A stretch of 54,784 nucleotides of DNA. It comes from Octopus bimaculoides (taxonomy: Eukaryota). Where the stretch lies: positions 25,776,598 to 25,831,381 of the forward strand of contig NC_069002.1 of NCBI RefSeq assembly GCF_001194135.2, given 5' to 3'. Positions 13,200 through 24,710 of the stretch are shown one piece after another (position 1 is the first letter of the stretch; each line of letters begins with the position of its first letter). The position numbers and the translations under genes are program-made. The notes under the pieces are model-generated. The model ran no database searches. It saw only the letters and a list, made by a program, of their open reading frames with translations, and was not told the DNA's origin.

Positions 13200-13370
13200 T
13201 GGCACAGGTGTAAATGGGAGATTAAGGAGCTCACTTTGCAACTGTGTAGTTTTGGGTTCAGTCCCACTGTGTAGCACCTTGGGCAGGTTTCTTCTGCAAT
13301 AGCCCCAGGTCAACCATAGCGTTGCGAGTGAATTTGATTTACAGAGACTGTGAAGGAAGCCTGTCATGTA
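13200..13370 (+). mobile_element. Family A SINE head
   Basis: gggttcagtcccactgtgtagcaccttgggcag..gtgaatttg..gaagcctgtc. Confidence 0.7.
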
Positions 13371-13562
13371 TACATGCACATATGCATGCGCACACACATA
13401 CACACACACATACACACACACATACACACACACACACACACAACCACACACAAACACACACACACACATTCAATTACGAATTAAAAGTACCTCTGTTGTA
13501 AACATTATTGACCACATATACCCAGGGTATGTTTTGTTTGTTCACCAATTCACTGTGGTACA

Positions 13563-13949
13563 ATGTTTTGGGGACAGCTACGCCCACAGTACTGGGTGTT
13601 AAAACACCTGATAGCCATAGACAGGGGAAGAACTCAGGAAATACTCCCTAATCCTCCATATTCTCATGACCTTGCTCCTTCTGATTACCATTTATTCCGA
13701 AGTCTACAGAACCATTTTGATGGACTTTGGTTAACAACAAGAGAAGAGATTGAAAAGGAGTTGGATTCATATTCTGGTTCTAAACCTACAGAATTTTATA
13801 AGCGAGGTATTTATAAGGTTGTTGAAAGATGGAATAAGGTCATTGAAAGCAATGGAGAGTATGTTAATGAATAAATATTTCCATAGACATTGGCTTATTC
13901 ATTTTTACCTTAGATCTCTAAATTGGACATTACTTTTGCACCAACGTGA
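13563..13949 (+). mobile_element. Mariner transposase C-terminal fragment with right TIR
   Basis: ILPNPPYSHDLAPSDYHLFRSLQNHFDG..FYKRGIYKVVERWNKVIESNGEY*; TIR ttacttttgcaccaac followed by TA. Confidence 0.88.
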
Positions 13950-13951
13950 TA

Positions 13952-14006
<55 letters not shown>

Positions 14007-14398
14007 ATGTCTGTGTCTCTGTTTGGCTCCACCACCACTTGACAACTGGTTTTGGTGTGTTTGTTCTCTTAACTTAGCAGTTCGGCAAAAGTGGCCAATA
14101 GAATAAATATCAAGCTTAAAAAAAAAAAAAACCCACTGCGGTTGATTCCTTTTATTAGGATTTCTTCAAGGTAGTGCTTCAGCATGGCCACAATCTAATG
14201 ACTACAACCAAATGAAAGATACGATGATAAAAGAAGAAAAGACTTTGAATCTAAGAAATGGTTTGTTTGCTGGGGAATTCAATGTAGAGACAGACTTCAT
14301 AGCAAAATACGGACGATATCTTTGAAGATTTGGCAACCTTTTATGAAGAATTTTATGCCAATATAAACCTTTCAGATTTGTGAGCATAATGGTTTTTA

Positions 14399-14585
14399 CA
14401 GTTCCATATTTAAGAGATGAGGTATTATGTACATCATTTACATTATTTACATTATTTACATTTGACGGATATTTGTGCTCATCCTGTTTGTTGTTAACAT
14501 ATTTCGGCTGATATACCCTCCAGCCTTCATCAGGTGTCTTGGGGAAATTTCGAACCTGGGTTCTCATTCCTAAGGTATTTTTCGA

Positions 14586-14645
<60 letters not shown>

Positions 14646-14735
14646 CATTATTATTATTATTCAGGTCACTGCTTGGAATCGAACTTGGAATCTTGGGGTT
14701 AGTAGCCCACGTTCTTCACCACTACGCCATATGCT
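14399..14735 (-). mobile_element. Composite non-autonomous element: tRNA-like head + (AAT)n + PLE-type tail with a damaged hammerhead
   Basis: Minus strand: A box TGGCGTAGTGG, B box aGTTCGATTCC (head 14735-14661), (AAT)n, then gacacCTGATGAaggctg..cagccGAAAtatgtt and a tail of aatgtaaat repeats. Confidence 0.75.
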
Positions 14736-14739
14736 CACA

Positions 14740-14879
14740 GAATGAGAACCCAGGTTCGAAATTTCCCTGAGACGCCTGATGAAGGCTGGAGAGTATATCA
14801 GCCGAAACGTTGTGTTAACAACAAACACGATGAGGACAAATATCTGCCAAATGTAAATAATGTAAATAATGTAAATAAT
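14740..14879 (+). mobile_element. Inverted 5'-truncated copy of the same PLE-type tail
   Basis: Reverse complement of 14433-14569 with a few mismatches. Confidence 0.85.
14771..14816 (+). ncRNA. Minimal type I hammerhead ribozyme motif (PLE-type)
   Basis: Stem I gacgc/gtgtt; CUGAUGA 14776-14782; extra A; stem II ggctg/cagcc; GAAA; palindromic stem III ACGU; triplet GUU with predicted cut after 14811. Confidence 0.7.
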
Positions 14880-15744
14880 AATGGTTTTTAATTTTGGTAT
14901 AAAGCTTAGGGCATCAAGATGGCAGAATTGTGAGCATGCCAGGCAAAATGCTTAGTGGCATTTCATTTGTCTATACATTCAGAGTTCAAATTCCACTTTG
15001 GTTGGCCTGAGGCTGTAATAGAAGACACTTGCCCAAGGTGCCATGCAGTGGGACTGAACCCGGGACCATGTGGTTGGGAAGCAAGTTTCCACATATATAT
15101 ATTTATGTGTGTGTGCCTTTTATCCTTTCAGGGGTCAATAAAATAAGTCCCAGTTATGCACTGGGGTTGATGTAATTGATTAACTCCTTCTTTTGCTGAG
15201 ACCTTGTGCCAAAATCTGAAAACAATTTAGACACAAAGCTAATAATTTTTGAGGGGAGGGGTTAAATGTCACCAGTGTTCCAAGTGGGTGATGGGTCTGT
15301 TATTTTATCAGTCACAAGAGGATGAACAGCAAAGTTAATCTTGGTAGGATTTGAACTCAGTATTTAAAGATCCAGAACAAATACCACAAAGCATTTGGTG
15401 GGAAGAGTGTTGGACAATACAAGTGACCCCAGTAGATGACTGGTGCATTATTTCATTGATTCTGAAGAAAAAATGAAAAGCAAAGTTAGCCGTGGTAGGA
15501 TATGAACTCAAAATGTAAAGATCTGGAACAAACATTGCAAAGGGAGGGTGTTAGTAGATACCACGAACCCCAGTACATGACAGGTACTTCATTTTAGTGA
15601 TTCTAAAAAAAATGGGCAGCCTAGCTGACTTTGGCTGGATTTGAACTCATCACATCAAAAGCCAGAGGAAACGTCACAAAGCATTTTGTTGATGCCCTAA
15701 TGATCCTGTTTATCCATCACTTTTTAAATCTGTGAATATAATCC

Positions 15745-15955
15745 TTTCTATTGGAGGCATAAGGCCTCAAATTTGTTGGGAAGGGACAAGTTGATTACAT
15801 CGACCCCAATGTTTCACTGGTACTTAATTTACCGCCCCAGAAAGGATGAACGGCAAAGTCAACCCTGGCAGAATTTGAACTCGGAACATAGCGGCAGGCG
15901 AAGTACCACTAAGCATTTTGTCCAGCAAGCCAACGATTCTGCCAGCTCAAGACCT
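15745..15955 (-). mobile_element. Family C SINE; further degenerate family C pieces at 14910-15000 and 15220-15700
   Basis: ctggtacttaattt..aaaggatgaacggcaaagtc..gaatttgaactc..gccaacgattctgccagctc. Confidence 0.75.
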
Positions 15956-16489
15956 TAGATTTGTGAATATAATGAAAGGTGTTAAGCAAGGATAGATTTT
16001 ATTCCCTTGCTTAATATCCTTCAATTATGCTCACCGACCCTTTTCCTGTGTCATACTGGCAACAGTTATCTTAGAACTGGAAAAAAAAAAAACTGTATTC
16101 TTTAGATTGGTGGGTGATATTACTGTCATGATCAATAACACTGCAAACCTTCAAGATTTCATTACTTAGATGTAAATGCCAAAGAAGTGGGTCCCCAGAA
16201 TAATGATAACAAGACAAACAGCATGATTACAGATAAGACACTGTTAAGCAATAATGAGGTTGCTGTCAACCACAGAACTGGAAACTAAGTCAAATTCAAG
16301 ACCAATTAAAGCCGGAGTTGAGACATATTGCATTTTTATTGCCACTGTGCTTGTGTCTGGATTAGCTTGTGTCACCTGAGCATAAAAACAAAAAAAGAAA
16401 ACACAAAAGAAAACTTTAGATTATGAAGCATTTGAAAACCATGGCATGAGATTCCTTACTAGTGAACAACTGACTGACCAAATTTAGCA

Positions 16490-16733
16490 TTTTGTTACCA
16501 TATTTCTGTTGAGGTACACTATTTCCTTTTTAATTAATTTTGAAAGTAATGAAGAATTTAGTAGAATGAGAGGTAAAGTAGTTTTGTCATTATTAGACTG
16601 GTGTTTGAAACATAGATTAACGTGGAATTTTGCGGGAAGATTAAGACGCTTAGATCACTTTGACCTTTTTGTTATCATATTTCTGTTGAGGTTCACAGGA
16701 TCCTGTTCAATTAATTTTGAAAATAATGAGAGG
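16490..16733 (+). mobile_element. piggyBac-type MITE units (left part of an array split by the RTE LINE)
   Basis: ttttgttaccatatttctgttga..aattaattttgaaa..tagatcactt, the same unit as 19047-19797. Confidence 0.65.
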
Positions 16734-17185
16734 GTGATTGATCCCTCCAGGGAGATGGCTCTACTTGATCTGTAGAGAAAATGTTGGCAGAAACTCCATA
16801 TGGTGTACCCAGTGCAAACTATGGACACATAAGAGGGGAGGTGGCACCACAGGAATGTTAACAGAGAAAGTAGTCTTCGCATGTAACAAATGTGTGAATG
16901 AGGAGAGAATAAACTCCTTCAAATGTCTGGTGGGGATCCTTAGAAGAAGTAGATAGTTTTTGAAAATAGAAATAATACATTTCTAAATCTCTTAGAGAGA
17001 TTTATGCAGTAGCAGCACGATAAAGTAATAGTATGTTGTCAACTTAATGTGACAGTCCCATAAAAGGGAAGAATGCTACTGTTATTTAGCCCGAGGAAAC
17101 ACCATTTCCTGTTGACCTTGACACATTTCCTGTGTCCTTATGTTTTCAACATGGAGACAAGCACCTCCACCCAGCAAAACCAGCA

Positions 17186-17228
17186 TCCAGAGACTAGTTT
17201 CAGAGTCATTGCTCATCCTCAGTCCGGA
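17186..17228 (-). ncRNA. Minimal type I hammerhead ribozyme motif (left arm)
   Basis: tccgga-CUGAGGA-u-gag(caauga)cuc-u-GAA-ACUAGU-C-ucugga; 6-bp stem I; GUC triplet. Confidence 0.75.
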
Positions 17229-17279
17229 GTAGCATGGCTTGCTAGCTGTCGATGCTATCCGCCTTTGAAAACATGTTAC

Positions 17280-17322
17280 TCCGGACTGATGATGAGCAAT
17301 GACTCTGAAACTAGTCTCTGGA
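17280..17322 (+). ncRNA. Minimal type I hammerhead ribozyme motif (right arm)
   Basis: tccgga-CUGAUGA-u-gag(caauga)cuc-u-GAA-ACUAGU-C-ucugga; predicted cut after C17316. Confidence 0.78.
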
Positions 17323-17647
17323 TGCTGGTTTTGCTGGGTGGAGGTGCTTGTCTCCACTTTGAAAACATAAGGACACGGGAAATGTGTCAAGTCCAACAGG
17401 AAACGGTGTTTCCTAGGGCTAAATAACAGTAGCATTCTTCCCTTTTATGGGACTGTCACATGCTAACACTTTAGATAGTTTTTGTTACTGAGGTAACTAA
17501 GTTAGCAGTGGAGGAGGAAACTCTGCAAGTGTAAATGCTAGAATAAGAATGGGCTGGGCAAAGTACAGAGAGTTCCTACCTTTGTTGGTAACAAAGGGTC
17601 TCTCCCTCAGATTAAAAAGCAGATTGCATGATACTTATGTACAGAGA

Positions 17648-18214
17648 CATGCAGAAGTAAATAGACACCTTTAATTTTCAAAATCTTTTATTTGATATTA
17701 ATTGGTTGAAGAGGAGGTTTTCTTCTAGCTGCTCGTCCATAATACCTAACCTTATACAGATGTGTAGTACACATTCTTGAACTAACTTCTAGCTGTTTTG
17801 CAATGTCAGAAGCCTTCAAACGGGGTTCATTTTCCACAATTCTCTTCAAATAGAGAAGCTTCCTTTCTGAGGGCCCAGGTCAGCTGGGATGTCAATCTGT
17901 TGATTTTTTTCCTTTGCTCTTAAATTGCACTATAATTGTATTAACAGTAGCAAAAAGAATTTGAAGAACTTCGGCAATTTTTCGCTGGCTTAAGACCAGC
18001 CTCAGATTGCCCAACAATACAACCTCTTTGAAAATCTGACAGTTCTGCTGAATTTTTTGTGCGTCGCATGGTTACTCTTCACAAATGTTTAATATAATGG
18101 CACCTGGAATGAAAAAGAATAATTACATTGTAAATTCTACACCACTGAAAACATATTAAGATGCTTAGATCAGAAATTTTCAAAAATTAAAGGTGTCTAT
18201 TTACTTCCTGCATG
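17648..18214 (-). mobile_element. Internally deleted Tc1-like element
   Basis: TIRs catgcag(g)aagtaaatagacacctttaatttt at both ends; from ATG at 18069 MRRTKNSAELSDFQRGCIVGQSEAG..LKRIVENEPRLKASDIA..YYGRAARRKP; no DDE domain. Confidence 0.82.
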
Positions 18215-19033
18215 CCTGTGTATATATAGCCATGCTGAATGGCCATGAAATATGGGCTGTGAATGCTGAATACATGTGAAGGCTTGAAAGAAATGATGCC
18301 AGCATGGATGGGTAATGTCAGTGAGTATTGGCAACAGAGTGTAAATGATTTAAGAAAAAAATTGGGTATAAGAGGCGATGGATATAGTGTGCAATAGAGA
18401 AGACTATGCTGGTATGGTCATGTGATAAATATGGAGGACAGCTGCATAAAAACTGCTGATCTCTAATTGTGGAGGGAACCTGTGAAAGGGGTAGACCCAA
18501 GAAAATGTGGGATGAAATGTTGAGAAAGGATCTTCAGGCGTTGGGCCTCAATAAGGAGATGACAAGGGACTGAGACTTTTGGTGATTTGCTGTGTTTGAG
18601 GAGACATGTCCAGGTAAGGAAATCGTGGCCATCACTATATACAGGCTTTTCTTTTATAGTTATACTCCCTCTCTCAGCTGAGAGATCCTTGTTTTGTGAG
18701 TTCATGGTGATGGTGCCATGTAAAAATCCCCCTTGCCACTACCATGTAAAATGCATCCATGTTGGTTCCACGTAAAATGCAGCCATATTGGTGGCATGTA
18801 AATGCATACATGTTGGTGTGGTATAAAAATTATCCATGCCAGTGCTGCATGAAAGTACCCAGAACACTCTGTAAAGTGGTTGGCATTAGGAAGGGCACCC
18901 AGCCATAGAAACCATGCTGAAATAGAGAATTGGATCCTGGTGCAGCACTTGAACTTGGCAACTCTTGTCAAGCTATTCAACCTATGTTAGCATGGAAAAC
19001 AAATATCAACTGCAGCTGCTGATGCTGCTGATA

Positions 19034-19046
<13 letters not shown>

Positions 19047-19068
<22 letters not shown>

Positions 19069-19797
19069 TTAGTAAAATAATTTTGTCATTATTAAGCTGT
19101 TCTTTAGAGCATAACTTAATATGGAATTTTGATGAAAAGTTTTAAGATCACTTTAACCCTTCTGTTACCATATTTTTTGTTGAAACACATGTCCGCCTCT
19201 CTTTCAATTAATTTGGAAAATAACAAAAAATCTAGTAAAAGAATTTTGTCATTATCATGCTAGTGTCAGGGCCATAAATTAGGATGAAATGTTCATGGAC
19301 AGTTTTCCTTTAAATCACTTAAAAACCAAAAGTTTCTATCAGTGGTCTCAGGCAAGTTGGGATTGAAAAAGAGTTAACCCTTTTGTTACCATATTTCTAT
19401 AGAAATGCCCTGCCTTTATTTCAGATAATTTTGAAAATAAGGAAGAATTTAGTAAAATAACTTCGTCATAATTAAACTAGTGTTTGGAACATAAATTAAT
19501 GGAAAATTTTCATGAAAGACTTTAATTTAGATCACTTTAAAACAGGAAGCTTGCATCATAGAACCAAGGATGGTCTCTGGTGGGTAAGTATCAAAAGAGT
19601 TGGTTCTTTTATTACCATATTTCTGTTGAGCTACATTGCTTTTGTCTCAATTAATTTTGAAAATAACCAAGAATTTAGCAAACTAACTTTATCAATATTA
19701 AGCTGGTGCACAGATCATAAATAATATGGAATTTTCATGGAAGGTTTTACTTTAAAACCAAAAGTTTATGGTCTCAGGTGGGTTGGTACCAATTTAG
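19047..19797 (+). mobile_element. Tandem array of ~220-bp piggyBac-type MITEs
   Basis: Unit 19157-19373 runs TTAA-ccctt..gttacc ... aaaaagag-TTAA; the next unit starts on the same TTAA (19374-19377). Confidence 0.7.
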
Positions 19798-20234
19798 TTA
19801 AAATATTAAATCTACATGAAATGCCACTATTGCAAAACAACCTGCAGTCATGAATCTCTAAAACTGTTTGACGGCATCAAAGGTTCAAATTATATTTCAG
19901 GAAGACGTGATGTCTTATAGAAAAACTGAAAATGTCTCAGCTGTTGATGGAGAGGCCAGATACTGAAATGGCTTCGATGCCAATCATGGGAAGAGTATGA
20001 TGTAATGACAGCAAGCAGATTATAGATAGAGGCAGTGTGGCCATGATATTTCAAAGTTTCTTACAAATGGAAATAATGATTAAGTTTACACCCACATATG
20101 TATGTGCATATATATAAGATTAATATAGACAGCAGTGTGTAATGTTTCACCAAAATGGAAAACTATAATTGTCACTAAATATGACTGAGGGTGGTAGAAA
20201 CACCTACATTGCTAGAAATAAGAGCTAAAATGCT

Positions 20235-20630
20235 AGTCATATTCAGTGACAATTTTATATCAAAATCGAAATCAAAATGGAAATATCGTAGTTGTGGCCA
20301 ATACCAGTGCCACCTGACTAGCACCCATGCTGGTGGCATGTAATAAGCACTGTTCAAGTGTGGGTTGATGCAAGTGCCATCTGCCTGGCTCCCCGTGCTG
20401 GTGGCACGTAAAAAGCACCATCCGAATGTGGTCGATGCCAGTGCCCCCGACTGACTCTCCATGCTTGTAGCACATAAAAAGCACCCACTACACTCTCTGA
20501 GTGGTTAGCGTTAGGAAGGGCATCCAGGCTGGTGCAACCTCCTGGCTTGCTAGTCCTTAGTCAAACTGTCCAACCCATGCCAGCATGGAAAACAGATGTT
20601 AAATGACGACGCTGACGACGACGATGATGA
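20235..20630 (+). mobile_element. Family B RTE-tail element
   Basis: Repeated gtggcacgtaaaaagcacc units, gcgttaggaagggcatccag, ccaacccatgccagcatggaaaacagatgttaaatgacgac. Confidence 0.8.
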
Positions 20631-20639
20631 TATTTATAT

Positions 20640-21200
20640 TCTTTTATTCTTTTACTTGTTTCAGTCATTTGACTGTGGCCATGCTGGAGCACCGTCTTTA
20701 GTCAAGCAAATGGACCCTAGGGCTGATTCTTTGCAAGCCTAGTACTTATTCTATCGGTCTCTAAGTTACGGGGATGTAAACACACCAGCATCGGTTGTCA
20801 AGCGATGTTGTGGGGACAAACACAGACACACAAACATATACGCATATATACATATCGATGTACATATATACGACGGTCTTCTTTCAGTTTCCATCTATCA
20901 AATCCACTCATGAGGCGTTGGTCGGCCTGAGCTATAGTAGAAGACACTTGCCCAAGGTGCCATGTAGTGGGATTGAACCCGGAACCATGTGGTTGGTATG
21001 CAAGCTACTTACAACACAGCCACTCCTGCACCTATATATATATATATACATATATACGACGGGCTTCTTTCAGTTTCCATCTACCAAATCCACTCATAAG
21101 GCTTTGGTCGGCCCGAGGCTATAGTAGAAGCCACTTGCCCAAGGTGTCAAACAGTGGGACTGCACTCAGAACCATGTGGTTTGGAAACAAGCTTCTTATC
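20640..21200 (-). mobile_element. Full family A SINE plus a second head in tandem
   Basis: Reverse complement of the consensus seen at 47985-48370; head repeated at 21050-21200. Confidence 0.85.
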
Positions 21201-21439
21201 ATCATCATCATTTAACGTCCGTTTTCTATGCTGGCATGGGTTGGACGGTTGGACACAAGCTGGCTAAGCAGAAGACTGCACCAGGCTTCAGTGTCTGTTT
21301 TGGCATGATTTTACGACTGGATGCCCTTCCTAACTCCAACCCATAGAATGGACTGAGTGATATTCACACACACACACACATATATACATTCCCATATAAA
21401 TATATACATATATCTTAGAGCCATTGCTATTCATAATGG

Positions 21440-21995
21440 CCCACTCAGACATGCCTTCAGTTGCTCAGGTAGCCATCCTTGCTAGCTATGCAGATGATAC
21501 AAAACTCTCTTAGAGGATACAGAACCCAGGAAATATCACACACCTACAATGGAAGTTGGGCGTAATATACAGGTGGACCGAAGACAACAGCATGCCGTCT
21601 CATGATGAGCCATTTTCCAACTCCTGCACTACCAGCACACAAAGGTGAAGGAAATGCAGACAAGGTACACTGGTCCAGGAGGGATTGCAATCTCTGAACC
21701 AAAAATCAGTGATTGACCTGGACATTGGTCAAGAGTAATTGTGTTTCTTTTCTGGTGAACATTACTAAGTTGACAATAAAATGCAGACAGCTAGCTGGAT
21801 GGATCCTCCGAACTAGCAGAACAAGAGAACAGGAAACCATGGCGGTCCTCGGGAGGCCATATGTCCTCAGCTATTTAGACTTCTGTTCCCAACTATGGTC
21901 ACCTCACAGTCTAGAATTTGCAGTGGAACTCAAAGTAATCCAGCAAAGTTACCCAAGAAAATCGTCACAATGTAAAGGGTCAGCTGCCATGAAAG
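21440..21995 (+). mobile_element. CR1/L2-group LINE RT fragment
   Basis: SYADDTKL; CRQLAGWILRTSRTREQETM..YLDFCSQLWSPH..ELKVIQQSY; frameshifts. Confidence 0.78.
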
Positions 21996-22019
21996 GACAA
22001 AGATCCTTTTTGTGTGTAT

Positions 22020-22221
22020 TCTTTTATTCTTTTACTTGTTTCAGTCATTTGACTGTGGCCATGCTGGAGCACCACCTTTTTAGTCGAACAAATCGGCCCC
22101 AGGACTTATTCTTTGTAAGTCTAGTACTTATTCTATCGGCCTCCTTTGCTGAACTGGTAAGTTATGGGGGCATAACCACAACACCATCGGTTGTCAAGCG
22201 ATGGTGGGGGGACAAACACAG

Positions 22222-22268
<47 letters not shown>

Positions 22269-22425
22269 ACAGGCTTCTTTCATTTTCCGTCTATCAAATC
22301 CATTCACAAGGTTTTGGTCAGCCTGAGACTATAGTAGAAGATACTTGCCCAAGGTGTAACATTATAGAACTGAACCTGGAAACATGTAGTTGAGAAGCAA
22401 ACTACTTACCACACAGCTGTCTTTG
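22020..22425 (-). mobile_element. Full family A SINE
   Basis: Tail, internal CA microsatellite and head all match other copies. Confidence 0.85.
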
Positions 22426-22659
22426 CCTATGTATATACATACATAACATATATATATATATGCATATATAAAATATACAAGAATAAGGGCAGGGAATCGT
22501 AGGAATTTGTAGTTTAGAATCAGTAGTTCTTTGACTGCTATTTCTAAATTTTCAGTATGTTGGAGAAGCAACTCAATGCTAATCCCTGTATATTTATGAT
22601 TATTATTATATATATATATATATATATATGTTATGTATGTATATACATAGGCAAAGACA

Positions 22660-22913
22660 TAGTAACACACCCAACCCCAAAATACTTCCATACATCTCCA
22701 CCCATAACCCCAATAACATCGAAGCATTCACCACAATTAAACAAAACCTCCCCTTACTCACCACAGACCCGAAAATGAACAATATCATTAATACACACAA
22801 AGTCCTTAAATGCAAAAGGCAACACAAATCTTTGAAAACATTATTAACCAATTCCAAACTACATACACCTCTTCCATCCCCATCAGTTAAAAAATGTGCA
22901 CGCCCTAATTGTG
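22660..22913 (+). mobile_element. Penelope-like element RT/GIY-YIG linker fragment (runs into an N gap)
   Basis: LPYISTHNPNN..VLKCKRQHKSLKTLLTNSKL..VKKCARPNC, matching the PLE linker that leads into the CCHH motif. Confidence 0.8.
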
Positions 22914-23541
22914 NNNNNNNNNNNNNNNNNNNNNNNNNNNNNNNNNNNNNNNNNNNNNNNNNNNNNNNNNNNNNNNNNNNNNNNNNNNNNNNNNNNNNNN
23001 NNNNNNNNNNNNNNNNNNNNNNNNNNNNNNNNNNNNNNNNNNNNNNNNNNNNNNNNNNNNNNNNNNNNNNNNNNNNNNNNNNNNNNNNNNNNNNNNNNNN
23101 NNNNNNNNNNNNNNNNNNNNNNNNNNNNNNNNNNNNNNNNNNNNNNNNNNNNNNNNNNNNNNNNNNNNNNNNNNNNNNNNNNNNNNNNNNNNNNNNNNNN
23201 NNNNNNNNNNNNNNNNNNNNNNNNNNNNNNNNNNNNNNNNNNNNNNNNNNNNNNNNNNNNNNNNNNNNNNNNNNNNNNNNNNNNNNNNNNNNNNNNNNNN
23301 NNNNNNNNNNNNNNNNNNNNNNNNNNNNNNNNNNNNNNNNNNNNNNNNNNNNNNNNNNNNNNNNNNNNNNNNNNNNNNNNNNNNNNNNNNNNNNNNNNNN
23401 NNNNNNNNNNNNNNNNNNNNNNNNNNNNNNNNNNNNNNNNNNNNNNNNNNNNNNNNNNNATTTATACATGAACTACTATTGAACTACAAAAGCTCAAAGA
23501 CAATATAATGTAAGGGTATATTTATTTTTTTATATATTATT

Positions 23542-23698
23542 GTTTTATATATTATTTTCTTCATTTTGTACTTCTTTGTAAAAAAACATTTCATTCTCCT
23601 TCTTCTTGATAATTTGCTTCTTCGCAATGAAAACCGGTTACAAAAAATCTTTATTAAATTATGCTTCCAGTTCAGCATTCTGGCTTTTTTTCATTTTC

Positions 23699-23700
<2 letters not shown>
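23542..23700 (+). mobile_element. Probable 3' terminus of the same Penelope-like element
   Basis: Follows the gap after the linker fragment; near-identical to 1-160. Confidence 0.55.
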
Positions 23701-23735
<35 letters not shown>

Positions 23736-24299
23736 TACATACATACATATTTATAGATATGCATACATGCATACATACATCTGTAATTTTCTGGGATATA
23801 CACTCAATAAACTATTTATAATCCTGCAAAGTGAACCTAGGAATCACCCATCAGATGAAATACATTTGGGATTGCTTATCTCAAGTAATCCTGAGTGTTC
23901 CTTACCACTCAATGTGGTTAGCCATAACTTGGATTATAAGTGTGTATTTGAACGATTCCAACTGGCATACTTTAGCCATATCTATTCACTACACACACAC
24001 ACACACGCACGTGTGCATACACATACACAAATGGCTTTTTTTAGTTTCCCTCTACCAAATCTGTTCACAAGATTTTTTTTCTGCTTGGGGCTTTAGTAGA
24101 AGACACTTGCCTAGTGCACCAGGCAATGGGATTGAACCCTGAGTCATGTGGTTGGGATGTAAACTTATAGCCACACTGTGACATATATATATATGAACAT
24201 ATACATACATTATATATACACATACATACACACATATGCAAGTGTGTAAAAAAAGAAAAAAATATTTACATACACACACACACACATTATGTGTGTGTG

Positions 24300-24468
24300 T
24301 AGGAGTGGCTGTGTGGTAAGTACCTACCACGTGATCCTGGGTTCAGTCCTACTGCATGGCACCTTGGGCAAGTGTCTTCTACTATAGCCTCAGTCCGACC
24401 AAAGCCTTGTGAATGGATTTGGTAGGCAGAAACTGGAAGAAGCCCATTGTATATGTATATATATGTGC

Positions 24469-24511
<43 letters not shown>

Positions 24512-24710
24512 TGTGTCTGTGTTGGTCCCCCCAACATCACTTGACAACCAATGCTGGTGTGTTTACATCCCCATAACTTAGCAGTTCAGCAAGAAGAGAC
24601 TGATAGAATAAGTACTAGGCTTAAAAAGAATAAGCTCTAAGGTCAATTTGCTCGACTAAAGGCGGTGCTCCAGCATGGCCACAGTCAAATGACTGAAACA
24701 AGTAAAAAAA
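24300..24710 (+). mobile_element. Full family A SINE
   Basis: ggagtggctgtgtggtaag..aaatgactgaaacaagtaaaa. Confidence 0.88.

Larger units (their letters stand above)
17047..17461. repeat. 415-bp near-perfect palindrome (190-bp arms, 35-bp spacer), PLE-terminus-like
   Basis: 17047-17236 is the reverse complement of 17272-17461, with about 9 mismatches by hand count. Confidence 0.95.
16735..19046 (+). mobile_element. 5'-truncated RTE-type LINE interrupted by two insertions
   Basis: ICRENVGRNSIWCTQCKLWTHKR; DSFCY*G..SSGGG..ARIRMGWAKYREFLPLLVTKGLSL; RRLCWYGHV..GTCERGRPKKMWDEMLRKDL; 3' UTR ending in (GAT)n. Confidence 0.85.

Noticed and set aside
14661-14735. tRNA gene (Ser-like, ACT loop)
   Set aside because: Anticodon and acceptor stems do not pair fully; it is a SINE head. 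The same applies to the heads of families A, C and D.
17073-17435. Two near-identical 117-aa ORFs on opposite strands
   Set aside because: A direct consequence of the palindrome; no recognisable protein.
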